The notes: generated by a model not told the origin, from the sequence alone. A stretch of DNA of 64,000 nucleotides from an uncultured Vicinamibacteraceae bacterium (GCA_964646815.1 CAZYFH010000011.1:3428-67427); one strand, 5' to 3'. Shown: positions 19,265 through 30,332, counted from the stretch's first letter. Made by a program: numbers and translations.

Positions 19265-19513
19265 TTACTCGGTTTCCGTGGCCGTTGGTGACGCCTTCTT
19301 TCCCAGACGGCCGGGTTGCACCAGCAGCCGGAGCGCAAAGTCATCCGGGAGCCAGGTCACGCGCGCTTGCGGGCCGACGCGGTAGACGACCGCCGGTATG
19401 CGCAGTTGCCGGAGCGGAGCTGGCACGTCGTGTTCCAGTCGCGCCGCGTCATCCAGAGCCAGATTAACCAGCCGGTAGAGCGGGATGGCCCCGCAGCCGC
19501 TGACGCACTCCAC
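19265..19513 (-). CDS. small hypothetical protein
   Basis: 82 aa with a GTG start and high GC3 in this frame. I do not recognise a family and it may be a remnant. Confidence 0.3.
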   Translation of the reverse strand: MECVSGCGAIPLYRLVNLALDDAARLEHDVPAPLRQLRIPAVVYRVGPQARVTWLPDDFALRLLVQPGRLGKKASPTATETE

Positions 19514-19612
19514 GACCGCGCCTCCGCTGCTGACATCGCGTGTCCATGAGGCCGGACGTGCTGCGACATAGACACCGCAACGGTGTTTCGAATCCGCATA
19601 CCCGGAAGATCA

Positions 19613-19629
19613 GTGCCCGGGACGGGCAC
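19613..19629 (-). terminator. stem-loop downstream of the oxidase subunit II gene
   Basis: GTGCCCG-GGA-CGGGCAC gives a 7-bp GC stem 23 nt after the stop. There is no clear U-tract, so the call is weak. Confidence 0.35.
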
Positions 19630-19651
19630 GGCACGCCGACGGACGAGGCGG

Positions 19652-20398
19652 TCAGTCGCCGGTAACCAGGGCGAGCTCTTCGGCGTACCAAGCCTCGAAC
19701 TCGACCTCCGACTGGATGGTGACAAAGCCGCGCATCCGGTAGTGACCGAGACCGCACAGCTGTGAGCAGTTGACCTCGAAATTACCGGGCACCGTTGGCT
19801 CCCACCAGACGGGGATCTGGATACCTGGAATGGCGTCCTGCTTTACTCGCATCTCCGCGATTCCCATGCTGTGGATGACGTCCTGTGTCGACAGGTAGAC
19901 GATGACCGGCTTGTCGACCGGCAGGTTCATCTGGTTGATGCTGTGGACGTCGTCGCGCGCGTTCGGATCGCTCCGGTCGAGACCGATCGCGTTCGTCGGG
20001 GTGATCAGGCTGATGTCACGACGGCCGAACCGGCCGTCGGCGCCGGGGTAGTGCGTATGCCACTCGAACTGCTTGCCGATCATGTGCACGACGGTCGCTT
20101 CGTCCTCGGGTGGGAACTCGTTCACTCGGTTGGCCCACGCCGGGATGGCGAAGCCGACGAGCAGCACTGCCTCGACGACCGCCACGCCGATTTCCAGATA
20201 ACTCGACGTATGGCTCTTGACACCGTGGTAGTCGGCCTTGGGGTTCGCGCTGGCGCGGAAGCGGATGAGCGTGTAGATGAAAAAGCCGCCCCAGCCGACG
20301 AACATCGCGGCCATCAGCCAATGGGTGAGGATGATCATCTGGTCGATCTCCTCGGCATGGGCGGCCGCCTGAATTGGCAGTCCAAGTAGCTCGCGCAT
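19652..20398 (-). CDS. ctaC: cytochrome c oxidase subunit II (no fused cytochrome c domain)
   Basis: 248 aa with two N-terminal TM helices and the CuA site H...CSQLCGLGHYRM. Confidence 0.9.
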   Translation of the reverse strand: MRELLGLPIQAAAHAEEIDQMIILTHWLMAAMFVGWGGFFIYTLIRFRASANPKADYHGVKSHTSSYLEIGVAVVEAVLLVGFAIPAWANRVNEFPPEDEATVVHMIGKQFEWHTHYPGADGRFGRRDISLITPTNAIGLDRSDPNARDDVHSINQMNLPVDKPVIVYLSTQDVIHSMGIAEMRVKQDAIPGIQIPVWWEPTVPGNFEVNCSQLCGLGHYRMRGFVTIQSEVEFEAWYAEELALVTGD

Positions 20399-20695
20399 CT
20401 ACGTTCTCCCCCCCGGCGCGCCGGGTCGATAGGTGCCGAACGCGCCCTCGTTGCTCATCGCCTGGCGCGAGCGCTTCATCAAGTGGAAGATGAAACCGAC
20501 GAACCCGCTCAGCACGCCGCCCGTCACGCCGAGCAGCGTGAAGACCGCCCAGTTCAGACCTTGTGCCTCGGGCGAGTTCGGATCGCCGCCGAAGCAGATC
20601 GGGCACGCCAGAGTGACCACTGGCGCACCGATCACCATGGCCGCGGCCACCGGTCCCACTCGAAGCCACTCGCGAAGTGTCATGACGGCCCTCAT
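20399..20695 (-). CDS. small two-TM membrane protein with CPICFGG motif, oxidase-cluster associated
   Basis: WLRVGPVAAAMVIGAPVVTLACPICFGGDP is followed by a second TM segment. Its stop abuts the subunit II start. The start is uncertain (20683, 20695 or 20782). Confidence 0.45.
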   Translation of the reverse strand: MRAVMTLREWLRVGPVAAAMVIGAPVVTLACPICFGGDPNSPEAQGLNWAVFTLLGVTGGVLSGFVGFIFHLMKRSRQAMSNEGAFGTYRPGAPGGRT

Positions 20696-20774
20696 AGACA
20701 ACGAACACCGGAAGCGTGCCATCGGCCCGATGGGTGGACGCGGGGCTGAAAGCCCCGCGCTACGCATCTGTTGG

Positions 20775-20984
20775 CTACTCAATGCCCAGTTCCCGCGTCT
20801 TGCGCACGAACCTGACGGCGTAGGCTGACATCAGCGCGGCCGACACCGCCGACCCGGCCGCGAACAGAAGGTGCCCCGTGCTCCCACGCTCGCTCGTGAA
20901 CATCACCACGCCCCAGACGGTGACCATGGCAGCGAGCACGATCGACGCCACGATAAAGACGATGTGAATGGCGCGTAACGACAT
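20775..20984 (-). CDS. small two-TM membrane protein
   Basis: 69 aa with two hydrophobic helices, located between the subunit IV and CPICFGG genes. Confidence 0.5.
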   Translation of the reverse strand: MSLRAIHIVFIVASIVLAAMVTVWGVVMFTSERGSTGHLLFAAGSAVSAALMSAYAVRFVRKTRELGIE

Positions 20985-20999
20985 GACCTCAGGTTTAAC

Positions 21000-21341
21000 C
21001 TAGTGCGCATCGGCCTCCGCTGCCGGGGCGTTCGCATTCGGCAGCGTGAAGTACTCGCCGACTTTGTCCGCGTGCCCCATGAGCGGGATGAACAACATCA
21101 CAAAAAAGAAGAAGACGGTCAGCACCAGCACCGCGACGATCGCCTTGTTCTCTCCGAGCAAGTGCATAAAGAAGCTGGCGACCAGCGATCCCTTGAAGAT
21201 GGCGATGATGAGCGCGACGGTCACCGCCAGCGGCACGCCAAACGGTAGATATGACACGGCGACTGTCACGACCGTGAGGACCAGCAGCGCGGTTCCGACC
21301 TTCATGTAGGTTCGGATATGGGCTTGAACATCTTCGCTCAT
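21000..21341 (-). CDS. cytochrome c oxidase subunit IV (bacterial CoxD/CtaF-like)
   Basis: The start MSEDVQAHIRTYMKVG has GGAGGCTG upstream and is followed by three TM helices. The track ORF start at 21554 overlaps subunit III and is rejected. Confidence 0.7.
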   Translation of the reverse strand: MSEDVQAHIRTYMKVGTALLVLTVVTVAVSYLPFGVPLAVTVALIIAIFKGSLVASFFMHLLGENKAIVAVLVLTVFFFFVMLFIPLMGHADKVGEYFTLPNANAPAAEADAH

Positions 21342-21390
21342 GCAGCCTCCAACGAATTCCAAGAACTTGGAACCCTGACTCCGGTGCTCC

Positions 21391-21981
21391 CTAGAGCAAA
21401 TACAACACGGGAAACAGAAAGATCCAGACCAGGTCGACGAAGTGCCAGTAGAGTCCCGCCGCTTCGATCCGATTCGTGAACTGCTCCTTGGACGTCTCCC
21501 ACATCTTGGAGCCCGGTCCCAGGAAATACGAGTTGATGACCACGCCGCCCACAATGTGCAGGGCGTGCAGGCCGGTCAGCGTGAAGTAGATTCCCAGATA
21601 CGTGCTGCTCGACGGGACGTCGCCGTGCGAGAACTTGTCCGCGTACTCGTAGGCCTTGACGCCCAGGAATAAGAGCGAGAGCCCGACGGTCGCCGCCATG
21701 TACAGCTTGAACTTGCCGAGGTCGTTCGTCTTGAGCGCGGCGTACGCCAATACCATGGTAACGCTCGACGTGATCAAGACGGCGGTGTTGAACGCACCAA
21801 TGGGGACGCTGAGGATGTCCGCGCCGAACGGCCACTCGACCGCGATGACACGCAACAGTACGTAGGTGGAAAACAGCCCGCCGAACAGCATCACTTCCGA
21901 CGCCAGGAAGAGCCAGATGCCCAGCTTGACGTTGTTCAGGCCGGTGTCGGGCCGTTCCGCGACGGTATACGGAATGTCCAT
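21391..21981 (-). CDS. ctaE: cytochrome c oxidase subunit III
   Basis: 196 aa. LGIYFTLTGLHALHIVGG and YWHFVDLVWIFLFPVLYLL are typical subunit III motifs. Confidence 0.9.
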   Translation of the reverse strand: MDIPYTVAERPDTGLNNVKLGIWLFLASEVMLFGGLFSTYVLLRVIAVEWPFGADILSVPIGAFNTAVLITSSVTMVLAYAALKTNDLGKFKLYMAATVGLSLLFLGVKAYEYADKFSHGDVPSSSTYLGIYFTLTGLHALHIVGGVVINSYFLGPGSKMWETSKEQFTNRIEAAGLYWHFVDLVWIFLFPVLYLL

Positions 21982-21983
21982 GT

Positions 21984-23774
21984 CTACACTTTCGCGGGCT
22001 GGGCCTGCGGCTCGTCCGCCTCACCCTGCATGATGAAGTCCGTCCGCGCACCCGGCGCGCTGTATTCGTACGGTCCGCGGTGGACCTGCGGGGGCGTCAG
22101 GAAGTTGCCATGTGGTGGCGGCGACGGCGCCTGCCATTCCAGCGTGGTGGAGTCCCAGGGGTTCTCGGCAACCTTCTCGCCCTTCTTGATGCTCCAGAAG
22201 AAGTTGAAGATGAAGAAGAGCTGGAAGAAGCCGAGTGTCCAGGCGCCCATTGAGATGACGGAGTTCCAGACCAGGACGTCCTGGTTCATCTGATACCCGA
22301 TGCCGCCGTCGTACATACGGCGGTTCATCCCGGACAACCCTTGAATGAACATCGGCATGAACACGACGTTGATGGCGACGAACGAACCCCAGAAATGAAT
22401 CCTGCCGAGGACGTCGTTCATCTGGCGGCCGGTCGCCTTCGGGAACCAGTAGTAGATCCCACCGAAGAGCGCGAGCAACGTGCCGGGCGCCACGACGTAA
22501 TGGAAGTGACCGATGACGTAATACGTGTCGTGCAGGTGAATGTCAGGCGGTGCGAGGCCAAGCGGCAGACCGGTCAAGCCCCCGATCCCGAACATCGGCA
22601 CGAACGCCAGCGCGAAAAGCATTGGCGTCGTGAAGCGTATCGATGCCCCATACAACGTGAGGAACATCGCCGAGAGAATCACAACCGACGGGATCGAGAT
22701 GATCATCGTCGTCGTCTGGAAGAACGAGCTCATCGTCGTGCCCATGCCGGTCAGGAACATGTGGTGCGCCCAGACAACGAACGACAGGAAGCCGAGGACA
22801 GTGACCGACGCCACGAGCACGCGGTAGCCCCAGATCGGCTTCCGAGTGTTGTTGGCTAGGATCTCCACCACGATGCCCATCGCCGGGAGGATCAAGACGT
22901 AGACCTCGGGGTGCGCGAGGAACCAGAAGAGGTGCTGCCAGAGCAGCGGGCTGCCGCCGCCGCTGAAGTCAGCGGGGGCATCGGCGTAGACGAGGCCGCT
23001 CGGCATGAAGAAGCTGGTGCCCACCAGCCGGTCCATCAACTGGAGGATACCCGCGACCTCGAGCGGCGGGAACGCCAGCAACAGCAGGAACGCCGTGACC
23101 AGCTGTGCCCAGACGAAGAACGGCAGCCGCATGAAGCTGAGCCCAGGCGCGCGTAGCTGAATTGTCGTGACGATGAAGTTAACCGAGCCGAGAAGCGACG
23201 AGGTGATCAGGAAGATCATCCCGACGAGCCAGAGCGTTTGTCCGGTCGTTGCAAAGACCGAGAGCGGCGCGTAGGACGTCCAGCCCGAGTTGGCCGCGCC
23301 ACCCGGAACGAAGAAGCTGGCGAACATCACGACGCCGCCCATGAAGAACGACCAGTAGCTCGCCATGTTGAGACGGGGGAACGCCATGTCGGGCGCGCCG
23401 ATCTGCAGCGGCAGGACGAAGTTGCCGAAGCCGCCGACCGCCAGAGGGACGACCCCCAAGAACACCATGATGGTGCCGTGCATGGCGCCAAGCTGGTTGT
23501 AGAACTCCGGTAGCATAATGCCGCCCGGCGCGCGCGACTCGCCCAGGAGCCCGCCGATCAGCGGAATGGGCTGGCCCGGGTAGGCGATCTGCCAGCGCAT
23601 GACCATCATCAAGCTGAAGCCGAACAGCAGGAAGAGCAGTCCGGTGATCGCGTACTGGATACCGATCACCTTATGGTCGAGCGAGAAGATGTACTGCCGC
23701 CAGAAGGACAGCTCCTCGTGCTCGTGTCCGTGCTCGGCGTGCGCAGCGTGCTCGGTCGTCGTCACGTCAGACAC
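21984..23774 (-). CDS. ctaD: cytochrome c oxidase subunit I (heme-copper oxidase)
   Basis: 596 aa with WFLAHPEVYVLILPAMGIV, the GHFHYVV heme and CuB ligands, and 12 or more TM helices. Confidence 0.95.
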   Translation of the reverse strand: MSDVTTTEHAAHAEHGHEHEELSFWRQYIFSLDHKVIGIQYAITGLLFLLFGFSLMMVMRWQIAYPGQPIPLIGGLLGESRAPGGIMLPEFYNQLGAMHGTIMVFLGVVPLAVGGFGNFVLPLQIGAPDMAFPRLNMASYWSFFMGGVVMFASFFVPGGAANSGWTSYAPLSVFATTGQTLWLVGMIFLITSSLLGSVNFIVTTIQLRAPGLSFMRLPFFVWAQLVTAFLLLLAFPPLEVAGILQLMDRLVGTSFFMPSGLVYADAPADFSGGGSPLLWQHLFWFLAHPEVYVLILPAMGIVVEILANNTRKPIWGYRVLVASVTVLGFLSFVVWAHHMFLTGMGTTMSSFFQTTTMIISIPSVVILSAMFLTLYGASIRFTTPMLFALAFVPMFGIGGLTGLPLGLAPPDIHLHDTYYVIGHFHYVVAPGTLLALFGGIYYWFPKATGRQMNDVLGRIHFWGSFVAINVVFMPMFIQGLSGMNRRMYDGGIGYQMNQDVLVWNSVISMGAWTLGFFQLFFIFNFFWSIKKGEKVAENPWDSTTLEWQAPSPPPHGNFLTPPQVHRGPYEYSAPGARTDFIMQGEADEPQAQPAKV

Positions 23775-23968
23775 CGTCGTGACTCCTTTCGTGCCGTGTC
23801 ACTGAGTGCCAGAACCCGTTCGTTTCGGGAAACGCGATCGGGATCGGTCGTGCCTCGTCTGGACGGCAAAAGACCCCGGCGACCCCATCAACTCGACGGA
23901 ATCGGCCGAAGCCGGAGGAATTCTATCCGGCGGGCACGGGACGTGCAACTGCCGAACGCCTCGCGGCG

Positions 23969-24682
23969 TCACGCGGCGGTGGCTTCATGGAGCGCGCGCC
24001 GGGCGGTCCGGGTCACGAGCGTCGTCACGACGATGGTGGCGACGAGGCCGAGCGCGAGCACGGTGTAGTACCCAGGGCCCCGGTCGGGCACAGACCCCCC
24101 GGCCAGGCGTGCGACGTCGCCCGCAACGGTCCCGTAGTAGGTGTAGAGGAAGGACCCGGGCAGCATCCCGATCGATGCGACGACGTAGTCGACAAATCGA
24201 ACGTTGGTGAGACCGAGAGTGTAGTTGAGCAGGTTGAACGGAACGATCGGTGATAGGCGCAGCAGCAGGACAATCTTGCGCCCCTCGCGTCCGACGGCCT
24301 CGTCGACCGCTGCAAGCCGAGGGTTCCCCTCGAGTCGCTGCTCGATCACCTCTCGCGCCACGTACCGGGAGACGAGGAAGGCGAGTGATGCACCCACGGT
24401 GGCCGCGGTAAAGACGTACACGACGCCAGGCCCCAGGCCGAAGACCGCGCCCCCAGCTAGCGTCAAGGCGGAGCCGGGGACGAGGGCGACGGTGCCGACC
24501 ACGTACCCGGCAATGAACACTACCGGGCCCCAGACACCAAGCCCGGCGATCCATTCCTCGAACTGCGGGACGTATGGCCCGATCTGACGGCCGATTCCCC
24601 CCAGGGCGACGACCGTCACGATGCCGAAGAGGATGCGGCCAATCGGAAGGCGCTTCACCGGGGACGCAGCGACATCGTCCAT
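23969..24682 (-). CDS. TVP38/TMEM64 (DedA-related) family membrane protein
   Basis: Start MDDVAASPVKRLPIGRILF. It carries ALVPGSALTLAGGAVFG and FLVSRYVAR motifs typical of the family. Confidence 0.8.
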   Translation of the reverse strand: MDDVAASPVKRLPIGRILFGIVTVVALGGIGRQIGPYVPQFEEWIAGLGVWGPVVFIAGYVVGTVALVPGSALTLAGGAVFGLGPGVVYVFTAATVGASLAFLVSRYVAREVIEQRLEGNPRLAAVDEAVGREGRKIVLLLRLSPIVPFNLLNYTLGLTNVRFVDYVVASIGMLPGSFLYTYYGTVAGDVARLAGGSVPDRGPGYYTVLALGLVATIVVTTLVTRTARRALHEATAA

Positions 24683-25135
24683 GCTCGTGCCTCGGCTACG
24701 TCCCGCTCTAGGCAATTCAGGCGTCCTTCTCTGACGCGACGGTAACAGCGGTCCCGGCACGCATCAATCCTAGCAACGGACGTGTCACCGCGGACAGACA
24801 GCGACTGGTCGGGGTCACAGGCCCACCGTGCCGGTCGACCGAATAAAGACAGGCTAGAGTACGGCCCATCGTTGCGAGAGATGCCGATGCCGCCTGGAGG
24901 CGGCACCGGTCGGCGGATGGGGCGATCGCGGTGTCATGCACGAGCGACTGCTGATTTAGTTCTGGGAGCACGGCCTGCATCTCAACGTCGACGCCGCGAG
25001 TCGGGTCGACGTCGTGCTACGCAACGGGCGCGACGCCTTCCGCCGTCGCGCGAACATCAGCCTCGCGCTCCGTGACGACCAGACCAAGAGCCGCGTCAGG
25101 CGGCGCGCAAAACTTAAGGGCTGGGCGCTTTAGGA

Positions 25136-25879
25136 GTGGCGGCTCAACATCTGGACGGAGCGCGGCCGGCTGGCTCTGAAGCCGACAGGCTGTCCCCGGG
25201 GCGCTACCAGGTCACCGTCGGCATCGAAGACCTGAAGATTGTTAACGTCGAGGAGCGTCGAGATTGCGAACATTCGTGGAGGTTCGCCGCGATCCCCGGT
25301 CGGTCGAACTCGTTGACCTTGAGTCACATGCCCGTCGGATCCTGGCCGCTGACGAATCAGTACACCATACAGCGGACCGCCATGGAATCGCTCCGGAGTC
25401 ATCACCTGCGCGCCGTGCGGCAGGCGTGCCTCCTCAACATTCTCGCGATGGCGCGGGTCACGCCAACGAAGGCAAATCATCTCCTCGCGCACGTGACCGA
25501 CGTGTTCTTCGCGGCGCCGTCGCTGCTGCAACGCCTGGTCAGGTTGTCCAACGGTCCGCGCAAGAAGTTCCACAGGGAGGGTCCGCCGACCGGAGGCGTG
25601 CATGCGGCGCTCCTCTTTCGCATCGAGGACGACCGACGCGTCTGGCCAGGCACGCCGAGTCTCCAGACCGTTGTGGCCTACCCGATGGAGGGAGTGACGG
25701 CCGGCCGTCACTACGCGGACCTGGACCTGGATCTCGGGAACCCGCTCCAGGACGTGGTGGCGTTTCTCATTCACGTAGGTGAGCTCCTGAACCCGGGCCG
25801 CACCGATCATTTCAAGCTGGTCACGAAGCGGAAGCAAGGCAAGGCCGGCGAATTCCTGGGCTGCCGGATCGCGAAGTAA
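25136..25879 (+). CDS. hypothetical protein (strand assignment tentative)
   Basis: Same-register ORFs are open on both strands. By my count the plus frame has about 80% GC at position 3 versus about 67% at position 1, the pattern of real genes in this window, so plus is favoured. I do not recognise a family. Confidence 0.35.
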   Translation: MAAQHLDGARPAGSEADRLSPGRYQVTVGIEDLKIVNVEERRDCEHSWRFAAIPGRSNSLTLSHMPVGSWPLTNQYTIQRTAMESLRSHHLRAVRQACLLNILAMARVTPTKANHLLAHVTDVFFAAPSLLQRLVRLSNGPRKKFHREGPPTGGVHAALLFRIEDDRRVWPGTPSLQTVVAYPMEGVTAGRHYADLDLDLGNPLQDVVAFLIHVGELLNPGRTDHFKLVTKRKQGKAGEFLGCRIAK

Positions 25880-26182
25880 CCATGCTCGATCTGCGATACT
25901 GACCCTAGTGACCCGCACCTACGTCGCCGTCGTCGTGGTCGAAGTCGGGAGCCTCGTCGCCCTCTGGCTTCTCTCGCAGCACTTCACCGCATGAACGCGT
26001 CGATTTGGAGAGCCGTGCGGGTCGTGCACATCCATAAGGAAACCGGCTCGCCTCGGGACACGCCGTGCCGCTTCCAGCGGCGGCGTTGCGTCGTCTCGCC
26101 AAAGGTAAACGGTTTCTTTCGGGTGGTACACGCCCCGCCCCGCCCCCGTGCAGCGCCTCGCGGCCTCTAGCCTTCCCGACAC

Positions 26183-27865
26183 GTGCATCCACTCGACTGG
26201 GCCATCATCGTCGCCTACCTCGCCTGGGTCCTCTACGACGGCATCAGCCGGTCGAAGAACACCCACGCCGTGGAGGGCTATTTCCTGGCCTCACGCTCGC
26301 TGCCGTGGTGGGCCGCGGGTCTCTCGGTCATGGCGACGCAGATGAGCGCGATCACGCTGGTCGGGACAACCGGACAGGGTGCCACCGACGGGATGCGCTT
26401 CGTGCAGTTCTACTTCGGGCTCCCACTCGCGATGATCATCCTGTCGGTCACGCTCGTGCCCTTCTTTCACCGGGCGAAGGTGTTCACGGCGTACGAATAC
26501 CTCGAGCAGCGCTTCGACGCGAAAACACGCGCGCTGGCCAGCGCGCTGTTTCTCATCCAGCGCGGTCTGAGCGTCGGCGTGATCATTTCGGCCCCCGCGG
26601 TCATCCTGGCGATCGTGCTGGGACAGAGCTTGCCGTTGACCATCCTCGTCATCGCGAGCTCGACCACCTTCTACACAATGTTCGGCGGCGTGCAGGCGGT
26701 GGCCTGGGCCGACGTCAAGCAGATGGTCGTCATCATGATTGGGGTGACCGCCGCAGTGGTCGCGCTGGTCGTCGGTTTGCCGGACGATGTTGGCGTTGAA
26801 CCGGCGCTGCACGTCGCCGGCGCCGTCGGCCGACTGCAGGCGATCGACTTCACCTTCGATTTGGACGAGACCTACACCTTCTGGTCCGGGCTGCTGGGCG
26901 GGCTGTTCCTCGCGCTCGGCTACTTTGGCACTGATCAGAGCCAGGTGCAGCGATATCTGGCCGCGCGATCGGTGGACGACGCCCGCCACTCGCTGTTGAT
27001 GAGCGGCTTCGCCAAGATCCCGCTGCAGGTGCTGATCCTGCTGATGGGTGTCCTGGTCTTCTGCTTCTACCTGTTCACCCAGCCGCCGATGGTGTTCAAC
27101 AGCGCGCACCGGGCGCGGGTGGAGGCGAGTGACCGTGCCGACGACTACGCCGCGCTCGACGACGAGTTCCAGTCGGCGTTCGAGCGGCGCCGGGAACGCG
27201 CGACGGATGTAGTCGCGGCGCGCCAGGCCGGAGACGCCGCCGCCGTCACGGTCGCGACCGCCGCGTTCGTCGCGAGCGAGCGGCGCGTGGAGGACGTGCG
27301 CACGCGTGCCGCGGCCCTGATCGAGGACGTGACCGGCGAAGACACGGGCGACGACGTCAACTACGTCTTCCCGACGTTCGTGACGACCCACCTGCCCATC
27401 GGGTTGGTCGGTCTACTCATCGCGGCCATCTTCGCGGCGGCAATGTCGAGCGCCGCGGCGGAGCTAAACGCGCTCTCGACCGCGAGCGTCATCGACTTCT
27501 ACCGGCGGCACTACCGGAAGGAGGCCTCCGACGCCCACTACCTCCGCATCTCGAAGGTGGCGACCGGCTTCTGGGGCGTCTTCGCCGCGGTGGTGGCGCT
27601 GTTCGTCACCAACCTGGGATCGCTCATCGAGGTGGTGAACCTGTTCGGCTCCTATTTCTACGGGTCGCTCCTCGGCGTGTTCGTCCTGGCGGTCGGTTTT
27701 CCCCGCGCGACGGCTAGCGACGCGTTCCGGGGGCTGCTCGGCGGGATGGCGACAGTCGGTTTCGTGGCGACGACGACGGATATTTCCTACCTTTGGTACA
27801 ACGCGGTCGGTGTCGTCGCCGTCTGCCTCATCGGCGGGCTCAGCGGTCTCATGCGATCGCCCTAA
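26183..27865 (+). CDS. sodium:solute symporter (SSS/SLC5) family transporter
   Basis: 560 aa with about 13 TM helices. The N-terminal pattern [16 protein letters not shown]...[14 protein letters not shown] is typical of SSS transporters. There is an unusual soluble Ala/Arg-rich insert around residues 300-390. Confidence 0.85.
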   Translation: MHPLDWAIIVAYLAWVLYDGISRSKNTHAVEGYFLASRSLPWWAAGLSVMATQMSAITLVGTTGQGATDGMRFVQFYFGLPLAMIILSVTLVPFFHRAKVFTAYEYLEQRFDAKTRALASALFLIQRGLSVGVIISAPAVILAIVLGQSLPLTILVIASSTTFYTMFGGVQAVAWADVKQMVVIMIGVTAAVVALVVGLPDDVGVEPALHVAGAVGRLQAIDFTFDLDETYTFWSGLLGGLFLALGYFGTDQSQVQRYLAARSVDDARHSLLMSGFAKIPLQVLILLMGVLVFCFYLFTQPPMVFNSAHRARVEASDRADDYAALDDEFQSAFERRRERATDVVAARQAGDAAAVTVATAAFVASERRVEDVRTRAAALIEDVTGEDTGDDVNYVFPTFVTTHLPIGLVGLLIAAIFAAAMSSAAAELNALSTASVIDFYRRHYRKEASDAHYLRISKVATGFWGVFAAVVALFVTNLGSLIEVVNLFGSYFYGSLLGVFVLAVGFPRATASDAFRGLLGGMATVGFVATTTDISYLWYNAVGVVAVCLIGGLSGLMRSP

Positions 27866-27910
27866 TCCCTGTGCAACTTTGCAATTGCGAGGCACGAACA
27901 GATAAGATTG

Positions 27911-27935
27911 ATATCCGACTGATTTGGTCGGTTAT
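27911..27935. promoter_or_regulatory. IscR/Rrf2-type palindromic operator upstream of sufB
   Basis: ATATCCGACTGATTTGGTCGGTTAT closely fits the recalled E. coli IscR type-1 consensus ATASYYGACTRwwwYAGTCRRSTAT. It sits in a low-GC gap 33 nt upstream of the sufB ATG. Confidence 0.5.
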
Positions 27936-27967
27936 TGAATAAGGGGCAACTGAAGCGCAGCCCAGAT

Positions 27968-29410
<1,443 letters not shown>

Positions 29411-29567
29411 GGCTTGGGAATTTGAGGCTTGGGACCAGGCCACGCCTACACCGCGCGCAACGCAGATTGGTCACACGCGGTTCCGTTGCCTCCCAGACGC
29501 ATCGACACCAGCGACGAGAACGCTCGGACACTCTGCAACCCCTAAGCCTGGACTCGTGAACCAACCC

Positions 29568-30332
29568 ATGCTCGAAGTCACGAACCTACACGCCAAAATC
29601 GGCGATCGCGACATCCTCAAGGGCATCGACCTGTCGGTGCAGGCCGGCGAAGTGCACGCCATCATGGGCCCGAACGGCTCGGGCAAGAGCACATTGGCTG
29701 CCGTCCTCGCCGGTCGCGAGGAGTACGAGGTCACCGCGGGGACCGTGACCTACCGCGGTTGGGACCTCCTCGATATGGCCCCGGAAGCGCGCGCGCGCGA
29801 GGGGGTCTTTCTTGCTTTTCAATACCCGGTCGAGATTCCTGGCGTCAACAACGCCTATCTCCTTAAGGCGGCGCTCAACGAGGTCCGCAAACATCGCGGT
29901 GAACCAGAGCTCGACGCCATGGACTTCATGACGTTTGTCAAGGAGCGGATGCGAACGCTCGAGTTCGACCAGAGCCTGATGAACCGGCCGGTCAACGAGG
30001 GTTTCTCCGGTGGGGAGAAGAAACGAAACGAGATCTTCCAGATGGCGGTGCTCGAGCCGAAGCTGGCCATCATGGACGAAACGGACTCCGGCCTGGACAT
30101 CGACGCGCTCAAGATCGTCGCACATGGGGTCAACGTGATGCGCACCCCCGAGCGCGCGGTCGTGATTGTCACGCACTACCAAAGGCTGCTCAACTACATC
30201 GTGCCCGACTTCGTGCACGTTCTCGCTGGCGGCCACATCGTCAAATCCGGCGGCAAGGAGCTGGCGCTTGAGCTTGAGGAGCGTGGCTACGGCTGGATCG
30301 AGGGCGATGCGGTGAGTGCCTCGGTGTCATGA
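29568..30332 (+). CDS. sufC: Fe-S cluster assembly ATPase SufC
   Basis: MLEVTNLHAKIGDRDILKGIDL...GPNGSGKST Walker A, FSGGEKKRNEI signature and LAIMDETDSGLD Walker B. Confidence 0.95.
   Translation: MLEVTNLHAKIGDRDILKGIDLSVQAGEVHAIMGPNGSGKSTLAAVLAGREEYEVTAGTVTYRGWDLLDMAPEARAREGVFLAFQYPVEIPGVNNAYLLKAALNEVRKHRGEPELDAMDFMTFVKERMRTLEFDQSLMNRPVNEGFSGGEKKRNEIFQMAVLEPKLAIMDETDSGLDIDALKIVAHGVNVMRTPERAVVIVTHYQRLLNYIVPDFVHVLAGGHIVKSGGKELALELEERGYGWIEGDAVSASVS

Noticed and set aside
25130-25918. The minus-strand 262-aa ORF, with a loose resemblance to Uma2/DUF820 endonuclease motifs (PDASVV ... PVELLA ... DP).
   Set aside because: It is the exact antisense register of the plus ORF. Its third-position GC (about 67%) is lower than its first-position GC (about 80%), the reverse of real genes here. 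It is Arg-rich like typical antisense shadows, the catalytic Lys and Ser columns are missing, and the spacing is off.
26291-27391. Long antisense ORFs inside well-supported genes. Examples are 26291-27391, 12480-13550, 13297-14268, 43031-44491, 44573-45508, 55027-56163, 60363-61421 and 51557-52588.
   Set aside because: These are typical high-GC shadow ORFs. They are Arg/Pro/Gly-rich with no family motifs, and they fully overlap genes with strong motif support on the other strand.
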